Of a stretch of DNA of 13,845 bases, positions 1-8,456 are shown one piece after another. The stretch's first letter is position 1. The number at the start of each line of letters is the position of its first letter. Source of the DNA: Octopus sinensis. Its lineage: Eukaryota. The notes beneath the pieces are model-generated. The model did not search any database. It was not told the DNA's origin and worked only from the letters and a program-made list of their open reading frames with translations. Both the position numbers and the translations under genes were made by a program. Where the stretch lies: the NCBI RefSeq assembly GCF_006345805.1, contig NW_021825994.1, positions 1 to 13,845 of the forward strand, given 5' to 3'.

Positions 1-57
1 AAAAATACCAGCTATATATATTTTTTTTTTGGTAGGTAATTAAAACATTATTGGAAT

Positions 58-447
58 GAGATGGAAGCACTCCGTCGGTTACGACGACGAGAGTTCCGGT
101 TGATCCGAATCAACGGAACAGCCTGCTCGTGAAATTAACGTGTAAGTGGCTGAGCACTCCACAGACACGTGTACCCTCAACGTAGTTCTCGGGGATATTC
201 AGCGTGACACAGAGAGTGACAAGGCCGGCCCTTTGAAATACAGGTACAACAGAAACAGGAAGTAAGAGTGAGAGAAAGTTGTGGTGAAAGAGTACAGCAG
301 GGATCACCACCATCCCCTGCCGGAGCCTCGTGGAGCTTTAGGTGTTTTCGCTCAATAAACACTCACAACGCCCGGTCTGGGAATCGAAACCGCGATCCTA
401 TGACCGCGAGTCCGCTGCCCTAACCACTGGGCCATTGCGCCTCCACT
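58..447 (-). mobile_element. Full-length tRNA-derived SINE (~390 bp) with 11-bp target-site duplication
   Basis: Minus strand begins GTGGAGGCGCAATGGCCCAGTGGTTAGG, with A box TGGCCCAGTGG (434-424) and B box GGTTTCGATTCCC (391-379). Flanked by direct repeat ATTATTGGAAT at 47-57 and 448-458. Two hairpins near the 3' end (93-119, ~70-93). The length matches the ~390-410 bp Octopus tRNA-SINEs, but the family assignment is not verified. Confidence 0.88.
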
Positions 448-839
448 ATTATTGGAATAACCATGAAGTTTAATTTCGCAATTGAAGGATTAACGCCTAC
501 ATTGGTCTTGGTGGAAGATTGTGAACCTTCGAATGCAGACTTTAATGAGGATGGTGTTTCCTTTTGGACAGCGTGGCCTGCAAAGACTGCTCCATGCGAC
601 GAGAGGTATTTGCTCTCAAAAACCTCGGCAAAATCAAAAGAAGCAATATGAATTGTATTGTTGATGTCATAAGAACTTACAGACTTCAAGAGAACGTGAA
701 ATCAATCGTTTTTAATGGTGAAACTCGAAGTGGATAAAGCTACAAATAATTTAGTTCTATATTTAATAGATGAGGAATTATGAACATTATTTACATTATT
801 TACATATGACGGATATTTGTCCTCATCTTGTTTGTTGTT

Positions 840-885
840 AACACAACGTTTCGGCTGATATACCCTCCAGCCTTCATCAGGTGTC
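840..885 (-). ncRNA. Minimal type I hammerhead ribozyme, intact core
   Basis: Minus strand GACAC-CUGAUGA-A-GGCUG(GAGGGUAUAU)CAGCC-GAAA-CG-UU^GUGUU. Stem I GACAC/GUGUU, 5-bp stem II, loopless palindromic stem III AACGUU (845-850). GUU triplet, predicted cut between 845 and 844. Confidence 0.8.
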
Positions 886-932
886 TTGGGGAAATTTTGA
901 ACCTGGATTCTCATTCCTAAGGTATTTTTCGA

Positions 933-952
933 TGTTGTTGTTGTTGTTGTTG

Positions 953-996
<44 letters not shown>
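933..996. repeat. Compound (GTT)n(ATT)n microsatellite inside the hammerhead element
   Basis: Direct reading; it is the source of the poly-L and poly-N ORFs at 881-1342 and 877-1065. Confidence 0.98.
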
Positions 997-1000
<4 letters not shown>

Positions 1001-1134
1001 TCACTGCCTGGAATCGAACTCGGAATCTTGGGGTTAGTAGCCCACGCTCTTAACCACAACGCCATATGCCCGTGGGCTTATGGCGTTGTGGCATATGGAG
1101 TAGGAATGAGAACCCAGGTTCAAAATTTCCCCAA

Positions 1135-1180
1135 GACACCTGGCGAAGGCTGGAGGGTACATCCGCCGAAACGTTGTGTT
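1135..1180 (+). ncRNA. Degenerate (probably inactive) copy of the minimal hammerhead
   Basis: GACAC-CUGGCGA-A-GGCUG...CCGCC-GAAA-CG-UU-GUGUU. Core A6 is replaced by G (1143) and stem II has a mismatch (1164). Confidence 0.7.
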
Positions 1181-1242
1181 AACAACAAACAAGATGAGGA
1201 CAAATATCCGTCAAATGTAAATAATGTAAATAATCTACAAAT

Positions 1243-1437
1243 AGTAGTTTCAAATTTTGACACAGGGCCAGCATTACATCGACCCCAGTACTTGACTGAT
1301 ACTTTATTCTATCAACTGCAAAAGAATGAAAGGCAAAGTTGATTTCGGCGGCATTTGGATTCAAAACGTAAAACCGAAAGAAATTGTGCGAAATATTTTT
1401 GCCCAGCGTGCAAACAATTACGCCAATTCGCTGCTTC
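1243..1437 (-). mobile_element. Decayed tRNA-derived SINE, same family as 12361-12926
   Basis: ATCGACCCCAGTAC...GAATGAAAGGCAAAGTTGATTTCGGCGGCATTTGGATTC aligns with 12585-12668. Head and B box are degenerate; boundaries approximate. Confidence 0.75.
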
Positions 1438-1502
1438 CAGATAAAGTTATAAATAATAGCATGTAAATATTGAGTTAAAAACACCTTTGGAGGGAAAGAG
1501 TC

Positions 1503-1660
1503 GAAAGCTGCTCTCTATACAGAGGATGTCGAAGGCTGCCCTACATAGAGGATGTTGAAGGCTGCCCTACATAGAGGATGTTGAAGGCTGCCCTATACAG
1601 AGGATGTCGAAGGCTGCCCCACATAGAGGATGTTGAAGGCTACCCTATACAGAGAATGTC
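1503..1660. repeat. 26-bp minisatellite, 6 units, plus a seventh unit at 1822-1844
   Basis: Unit GAAGGCTGCCCTA(C/T)A(T/C)AGAGGATGT(T/C) starts at 1503 (28-bp variant), 1531, 1557, 1583, 1609 and 1635. Confidence 0.95.
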
Positions 1661-1688
1661 GAAACAACAACAACAATAACAACACCAT

Positions 1689-1812
1689 CAGTCACTTCTT
1701 AAAAACAAAACCAAAAAAGAAACCATTAAAATACTCAGCTTGCTCCTTCGCGGTTCTGAGATCGAATCGTGTTGTGTCCAAAATGACTGCTAGTAACGAC
1801 GTAGTCAGTGAA
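1689..1812 (+). repeat. Unclassified dispersed repeat, copy 1 (preceded by (AAC)n)
   Basis: CAGTCACTTCTTAAAAA...AAAGAAACCATTAAAATACTCAGCTTGCTCC...GAGATCGAATCGTGTTGTGTCC...GCTAGTAACG...GTCAGTGAA matches the reverse complement of 3978-4105. Confidence 0.9.
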
Positions 1813-2475
1813 GAACTGTGTAGGCTGCCCTACACAGAGGATGTATCACGAGCAACTTTCAAAATTTTCCATCCGAAGGACAGTGTTAATCCAATACTTT
1901 ACACGTCACTATTCATAATTTTCTCTATTTTGAATGCCACCATTTAAAACGATGCTTTTCTTTAATTTCGTTGTGGAATTCAATCATATGGGGGATTTCT
2001 TCTGCATATGCTGCGAAGAAAATATATTTATTGTATTGCGCTCCTTTCAGGCTTGCAGCAATCTGAAAAGACTACTAGAAACAGATATGTATATTTTTTT
2101 ATAGGAAAAGCAAAGATTGTCATGGAAAATTTATAGATGCGACTGACAAGCTGAGCCGTCGCCAAGGTAATTAGCTTCGTTGGCCAACCCAACAATGTGC
2201 GTCCCTAATTTCCAGAATATCTGCCCCGTTCTTTTCCTAGTCTGACAATAGGAGCCTTCTTCTCCAATTTCCTTTTATAACATTCTCCAGCCATCATCTC
2301 CATTACTGCAGGTGGGTAGGAGAATGCAGTCGAAATATGATATTAACTTAGGAACAAATCCATAGTTTCACGAACATGAACATCACTGAGTCTATCTGTT
2401 ACTGGGCGAAATTTGGAATATTTCACACCAAAACATATGACCGGTCGTAACGACACACAAGAATTCCTCTCTGTC

Positions 2476-2476
2476 C

Positions 2477-2547
<71 letters not shown>

Positions 2548-2549
2548 AA

Positions 2550-2590
<41 letters not shown>

Positions 2591-2701
2591 GTTTAGCTAG
2601 CTAGCTTTCTGTCTGTCTATCTATCTCACTCTTACTCTCTCCCACACTCCTCTTCTCTCTCTCCCCCTGTCTTTCTATCTCTCTCTCCTCTCTCTTTCTT
2701 G

Positions 2702-2744
<43 letters not shown>

Positions 2745-2780
2745 ATATATATATATATATATATATTTCTATATATATAA
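2476..2780. repeat. Compound microsatellite (CTAT)n / (CT)n / (TA)n
   Basis: Direct reading. Confidence 0.97.
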
Positions 2781-3293
2781 GAATTTTTTGCGTAATAGGT
2801 AAAAAAAACCAAGGCTGTGTAGATATTAGAACATTTATAGATAGAAGGTCTTACAGCTGTTTCCAGGATATTTATTAATTGTATCCCTTCATCGGAGACG
2901 GTGTGAGAGGATGGTTAAGTAATAGTTAATTTAGATAGGATACAAAATAGAGAGTGAGGTGGAGGAAAGAAAATAGATGCAAGATATGTAGGGATATTGA
3001 AGTTGTAAATCCATTTTTTAGGCAGAATGGTATATATGTAATATTTCAATACCCTATGAGTAAAGTCCAAAATGTCCAACAGAGTTTAAAATGGGTCCTT
3101 CCAAATATAGAGTTTATAAGCAATGTAAGATTCCCTTATGACTGAGATCCAGCAGATTTTTAAACTTGGTCATTCCAAGTAAAGAATTTATATACAGTGT
3201 TGCAGAGTCAAAGGTTTTTATTTAAAGTCATAGCATTACCCGACACCTTTGGGTCTCAATGACACCATTATTTCTTATAACCTCAACGTCTCG
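2781..3293 (-). mobile_element. Probable Penelope-like or hammerhead-bearing non-autonomous element fragment
   Basis: Non-microsatellite block bounded by (TA)n on both sides and containing a minimal hammerhead. No recognisable RT or GIY-YIG ORF; boundaries inferred only from the flanking TA tracts. Confidence 0.4.
2848..2899 (-). ncRNA. Second minimal type I hammerhead (different family, U4C variant)
   Basis: Minus strand GUCU-CCGAUGA-A-GGGAUA(11-nt loop)UAUCCU-G-GAAA-C-AGCU-G-UA^AGAC. Stem I GUCU/AGAC, palindromic stem III ACAGCUGU (2853-2860), GUA triplet. Core U4 reads C. Confidence 0.68.
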
Positions 3294-3523
3294 ATATATA
3301 TCTATATATATATATATATATATATATAAATGTCTGTGGATGTATTATGAAGCTACCTATCTATGTATCTAGAATATATATATAATGTGTTTTACTCATT
3401 ATCTTTATTAAACTTTTAATCATTTTGATATATATTTAAATATATAAATTTAATTAATTTTATGTATTGGTTAAGTTTTTCATTGTTTGATTTGCCTAAT
3501 AGTGGTTTTATCTCTAATAATAT

Positions 3524-3571
<48 letters not shown>

Positions 3572-3575
<4 letters not shown>

Positions 3576-3623
3576 GGCGGTGCCCCAGCATGGCCACAGC
3601 TCGTGAGCTGAAACTAGATAAAA
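3572..3623 (+). mobile_element. Isolated SINE/LINE-type 3' tail fragment
   Basis: GGCGGTGCCCCAGCATGGCCACAGCTCGTGAGCTGAAACTAGATAAAA is homologous to the 3' ends at 4436-4490 and 6215-6270; embedded in TA-rich microsatellite. Confidence 0.75.
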
Positions 3624-3624
3624 T

Positions 3625-3637
3625 ATAATAAAATATA

Positions 3638-3673
<36 letters not shown>

Positions 3674-3738
3674 TGTATGTATGTATGTATACATATATAT
3701 ATGATATATACGTATGTATGTTCATGCACATATGTGTG

Positions 3739-3771
<33 letters not shown>

Positions 3772-3780
3772 GTGTGTGCG
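3625..3780. repeat. (TA)n / (TATG)n / (TG)n microsatellites
   Basis: Direct reading. Confidence 0.95.
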
Positions 3781-3977
3781 TGTACGAATGCGTATGTATT
3801 TATGTCAGTACATGCGTTTCATATCGCCACTACACAAAATGTACAACCAACAGTATCGACCGATCGATAACGATCTTCCCACCAGACACATGTTCAGTGA
3901 TGAATGTTGGAGATGCAGAGAATAGATTGCATAACTGTATAAACGTTGGAAATCAAAACCAGACTACGATCCCGTTT

Positions 3978-4105
3978 TTCACTGACTCCGCCGTTACTAG
4001 CAGCCATTTTGGGACACAACACGATTCGATCTCGGAACCGTGACGGAGCAAGCTGAGTATTTTAATGGTTTCTTTTTTGGGTTTGGTTTTTTTAAGAAGT
4101 GACTG
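3978..4105 (-). repeat. Unclassified dispersed repeat, copy 2 (inverted; abuts a (TGG)n-TAG tract at 4110-4180)
   Basis: Reverse complement of 1689-1812. The adjacent tract alternates (TGG)3TAG and (TGG)2TAG, a 21-bp higher-order period. Confidence 0.9.
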
Positions 4106-4262
4106 CTGCTGATGTTGATGTTGTGGTGGTGGTAGTGGTGGTAGTGGTGGTGGTAGTGGTGGTAGTGGTGGTGGTAGTTGTTTTCGTACTGCTTTACAGT
4201 TACAACGACTATACCATCACCGTTCAATGTAATTGAATTATTGATTTAATGTAAACTAGGAA

Positions 4263-4264
<2 letters not shown>

Positions 4265-4322
<58 letters not shown>

Positions 4323-4435
4323 TGTGTGTGTGCGTGCCTGCGTGTATGTGTGTGTGAGTGGATATGTGTGTATGCACACACATACTCACATTGAGACACA
4401 CACATACATAAATATGTGTATATATATATATATAT
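4265..4435. repeat. (TG)n and mixed CA/TA microsatellite
   Basis: Direct reading. Confidence 0.95.
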
Positions 4436-4630
4436 CTTTTATTTGTTTTAGTCATTTGACTGTGGCCATGCTGGAGCACCGCCTTTAGTCGAACGAATCG
4501 ACCCCAGGACTTACTCTTTGTTAGCCTAGTACTTATTCTATCGGACTTATTTGTCAAACCGTTAAGTTGCGGGGACGTAAACACACCAGCAACGGTTGTC
4601 CAGCGATGGTGAGGATACAAGCACAGACAC
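4436..4630 (-). mobile_element. 3' half of the microsatellite-containing SINE family (as at 6194-6623); tRNA head missing
   Basis: GTCATTTGACTGTGGCCATGCTGGAGCACCGCCTTTA...CGGGGACGTAAACACACCAGCA aligns with 6233-6410 and is followed by the family's central CATA/TA tract (4631-4880). Confidence 0.85.
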
Positions 4631-4721
4631 ACGCACATACATACATACATACATACTACCATACATACATACATACATACATACATAAATACATACATAC
4701 CCATATATAAGTAATATATTC

Positions 4722-4758
<37 letters not shown>

Positions 4759-5116
4759 ATAGACTTATATATAATATAGGTTATATATATTACACACACA
4801 CACATATATATATATAGGTATATATATATATTATATATATATAATATATATATATATATATGTATGTATGTATATATATATTAGGTTGTTTACATGAAAT
4901 GTCGCATTTTTATTACTTATTATTTCAGTAATTTAAAGACTCAATTATGTATACCTTGCATTTAATCTTGACTCTTTTTCTTTCCCATCAATATTGCTAT
5001 ACAGAATTCGTACCCACAGACCTTATGAAAATGATAACAACCAAACTATGTTGAGTGATTTTTCTCGTATGAGCACAAACTGGGTCACTCTGCCGCGGAA
5101 GCGCTACGGAATATAT

Positions 5117-5380
5117 ATATATATTATTATATGTAGAAAAATACAAACTGGGACAAGAACGTAAAACATTTAGAAGACGATACAAAAAACACGGACGGGA
5201 CATTTGAAGCCTTCAATCTTCAGTCAAGAACCGGATCATCCTCGCAATTTCGGCTGATTAATCTTGAGATCAATCCGATCCGGCCAGCCCCAAGGAAAAA
5301 CTAAGCTACGAGCATTAGATTTCTTGGAAAAAGGATCGAATGTATACGAAACAAGGACAGAAAAACGGACGATGCCACAC
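5117..5380 (-). mobile_element. Unclassified ~265-bp insertion into the mariner transposase
   Basis: Interrupts the reading frame between RNI and ITFG. Flanked by direct repeat GAATATAT (5109-5116 and 5381-5388), with a TA-rich tract at the left end. Confidence 0.8.
5208..5283 (-). ncRNA. Candidate non-circularly permuted hammerhead ribozyme
   Basis: AUC (5270-5268), then UCAAGA (5267-5262) pairing with UCUUGA (5229-5224) that directly precedes CUGAAGA (5223-5217). AGCC-GAAA-UUG (5255-5245) lies between them, and GGCU is at 5211-5208. A 5-nt insert follows A9 and stem III is weak. Confidence 0.33.
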
Positions 5381-6193
5381 GAATATATTACCTTTGGTAA
5401 TGGTTTTATTGACATCAAAACTGTTCAGAGATGGTTCCAAAGCTCTCGTTCAGGAGGTGATAGCCTTGAAAATAAACCAAGGGGCATGCCAAAATCAGTT
5501 ATTCGGCATGATGGGTTAAATGCTTTGGTTGAGCACAATCCGAGAACAAAGGTTCGAAAACATCTCGCACAACTGTTTTTGGACGCCTGTAAAAAATTGG
5601 AAAAGTGGAGAAAACGGATAGGTTTGTTCCACATTAAGTGAACGAAATTAAAAAAAACAGTGTGCTCCTTATTGCTTTCTCGACTGGAAAAATACCATTT
5701 TTGCATCAAATCATTACTCGTGATGAGAAATAGATACGCTTGACGACAGCAGCAGAACAGGACAGTGTTTAGATGCAGGAGAGCCACCTAAGCACTATCC
5801 AAACCCACCATTGCACCCTAAAAAGTTAGTGGTCACTGTATGGTGGTCTGCTAAGGGAGTTATTCATTATTTATTTCTGCAACAAGGAAAAACAGTAACG
5901 GTAACATCGTATTGCCAGGAAATTGATTGTATGCATGAGAATTTGAAAAAGAAGTAACCCAGACTAGTGCACAGAGATGGCCCAATTTTGCTCCACAGCA
6001 ATGCGCGTCCTCACATTTCTCAAGCTACAGTCCAAAAGTTGCAAAGCCTGAATTATGAGATTTCGCAACATCCTCCCTATTCCCCTGATATCTCTCCTAC
6101 TGATCATCACTTATTTAAGCATTTTGAGCTTTTCGTGAGCAATAAAACATTCTTAAATAGAGAAGAGGTAATTGAAGCATTCGGACAGTTTAT

Positions 6194-6623
6194 ACTCTCT
6201 TTCTCTTTTTCTCGTTTATTTTACTTGTTTCCGTCATTTGACTGCGGCCATGCTGGAGCACCGCCTTTAATCGAGCAACTCGACCCTGGGACTTATTCTT
6301 TTGTAAGTCCTTATTCTATCGGTCTCTTTTGCGAACCGCTAAGTGACGGGGACGTAAACACACCAGCATCGGTTGTCAAGTAATGCTAGGGGGACAAACA
6401 CAGTCACACAAACATATATACATATATACATATATACATATACATATATATACATATATACGATAGGCTTCTTTCAGTTTCCGTCTACCAAATCCACTCA
6501 CAAGGCATTGGTCGGCCCGGGGCTATAGCAGAAGACACTTGCCCAAGATGCCACGCAGTGGGACTGAACCCGGAACCATGTGGTTTATTAGCAAGCTACT
6601 TACCACACAGCCACTCCTGCGCC
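6194..6623 (-). mobile_element. Full-length tRNA-derived SINE (~430 bp) with central (CATATA)n tract, inserted in the mariner
   Basis: Head GGCGCAGGAGTGGCTGTGTGGTAAG, A box 6613-6603, B box GGGTTCAGTCCC 6571-6560, CORE-like CTTGGGCAAGTGTCTT, microsatellite 6413-6460, purine-rich tail. Only TAT is duplicated at the flanks (6191-6193 / 6624-6626). Confidence 0.9.
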
Positions 6624-6740
6624 TATCACACCCAAAAATGAATTTTTTTTTTTAGATGGAATATATGACATAGAGAAACATTGGGTAAACGTTATAAATG
6701 AACATGGATCATACTTTGATTAAATAAATCAGTTCTCTAA

Positions 6741-6857
6741 CACTTCTGAAACTGTCCTCCAGTTTTCCTAAGCCCTGTAAAACAACCCGGAAGATTGGGC
6801 CTCCAGCCACGCCTTTCGCGATACCCTTGAAACCAGGAACTTTTCAGCGCCCCTTCG
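6741..6857 (-). mobile_element. Truncated mariner-derived MITE-like fragment of a different lineage
   Basis: Minus strand starts CGAAGGGGCGCTGAAAAGTTCCTGG (mariner-type terminus). It is followed by LQGLGKLED, resembling a mariner transposase C-terminus. Confidence 0.6.
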
Positions 6858-7430
<573 letters not shown>

Positions 7431-7839
7431 AGTTATTAACCAAATGAAATCTCCTCATAGTATTCATGTTATAATGCGATTTTAATGGAGATTTTAATTT
7501 AAATATAAATACATTAGTATGTTCAGTCGCCGGTGGGTTGGTATTAAAACGGTTTTACAAGCTGAATGGTTTCAGCAGAGGATAATGAATACAAGACAAC
7601 CTCATTTGTTTTTGTAATATGTTTTCTTAACAAATTTGGCACCGAGCAGGTGGCTGGTCCAGATAAATAAATACTAAAATACCAATTAGGAAGGGAATAA
7701 CACACACAAACGGAGTCACGCATGCGCTCACGTGAACATGCGCAGACAGACACGGGCACACGCAAACACATACTTTCATACGTTGACGCACGCGTACATG
7801 TACGCACACAGACACACGTACAGATAAAAACACATAAAC

Positions 7840-8383
7840 ACAAGCAATCATGCACATACACAAACACACACACACACACACATGTATAGATACATAGAGA
7901 CAGACAGACAGACAGATAGATAGATTTAGATGAATATATATGTGTGTGTGTATTGATACATATACGTTTATATATGTATGTATGTGTAAGTGTGTGCGTG
8001 TGTGTGTGTACAGAGATCGATTTAGGTATACATACATACATCCAAACATACATACATACATGCATGTATACATACATACATACATACATACATACATGCA
8101 TGCATGCTTACATACATACATTACATACATACATACATACATACATGCATGCATACATACATACATACATACATGCATGCATACATACATACATACATAC
8201 TACATACATGCATACATACACACATACATACACACATACTACATACATACATCCATACATACATGCATACATATATGCATACATGCATACATACATACAC
8301 ACACATACATACATACATACATACACACATACATACGTACGTACATACATCATACATACATAATACATACATACATACATACA

Positions 8384-8417
<34 letters not shown>

Positions 8418-8456
8418 CATATATACATACATACATGCATACATACATACATACAT
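7840..8456. repeat. Long degenerate (CATA)n tract with flanking CA/TG/GACA repeats
   Basis: Direct reading; it explains the HTYI and MYVC ORFs. Confidence 0.96.

Larger units (their letters stand above)
786..1071 (-). mobile_element. tRNA-headed non-autonomous retroelement carrying a Penelope-type hammerhead (retrozyme/SINE-like)
   Basis: Order on the minus strand: tRNA-like head 1071-997 (A box TGGCGTTGTGG 1064-1054, B box GAGTTCGATTCC 1021-1010), then (AAT)n(AAC)n 996-933, spacer, hammerhead 885-840, and AT-rich tail. The tail may extend left of 786. Confidence 0.72.
786..1234. repeat. 134-bp inverted repeat (786-919 / 1101-1234) with central 18-bp hairpin
   Basis: Arms align by eye with 6 mismatches in 134 bp. 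Central fold-back CCACAACGCCATATGCCC-GT-GGGCTTATGGCGTTGTGG at 1054-1091 (17 of 18 pairs). Confidence 0.95.
5025..6723 (+). pseudogene. Mariner (DD34D) transposase pseudogene
   Basis: Segments: VIFL/YEHKLGHSAAEALRNI (to ~5115); ITFGNGFIDIKTVQRWFQ...LVEHNPRTKVR (HTH); GKVEKTDRFVPH* (WVPHEL-like); FLHQIITRDEK* (first D); LHPKKLVVTVWW; ILLHSNARPH (second D mutated to S); HPPYSPDISPTDHHLF (third D). After removing 6194-6626 it continues in frame QFITPKNEFFFLDGIYDIEKHWVNVINEHGSYFD*. Several stops and frameshifts. Confidence 0.93.
4881..6730 (+). mobile_element. Decayed full-length mariner DNA transposon with two nested insertions
   Basis: Putative left TIR TTAGGTTGTTTACATGAAATGTCGCATTTT follows a TA. 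Transposase remnant runs to TAA at 6721-6723. No right TIR was found. Confidence 0.9.

Noticed and set aside
420-718. Non-repetitive block with ORFs on both strands; one plus frame (SMRREVFALKNL...VIRTYRLQENVKSIVFN) faintly recalls hAT transposase
   Set aside because: No catalytic motif is recognisable and the frame has stops upstream. Needs a tBLASTx/HMM search; not supportable by eye.
997-1071. Possible tRNA gene (loop CT-ACT-AA)
   Set aside because: Acceptor, anticodon and T stems pair poorly and it is fused to a repeat body; it is a SINE head. The same applies to the heads at ~372-447, ~6545-6623 and ~12835-12926.
1101-1234. Arm differences as a fossil ADAR-editing signature
   Set aside because: Only six differences, mixing A>G, T>C and transversions on the same strand; not a strand-consistent pattern.
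1503-1660. CRISPR-like regular repeats
   Set aside because: Units are directly adjacent with no unique spacers, there are no cas genes, and the context is eukaryotic.
2105-2166. Possible 62-nt exon (TTTATAG| ... AAG|GTAATT; KSKDCHGKFIDATDKLSRRQ)
   Set aside because: Splice-like signals of this strength are common in AT-rich DNA and the peptide is unrecognised; only RNA-seq could rescue it. Lone acceptors near 8787, 9228 and 11826 were rejected for the same reason.
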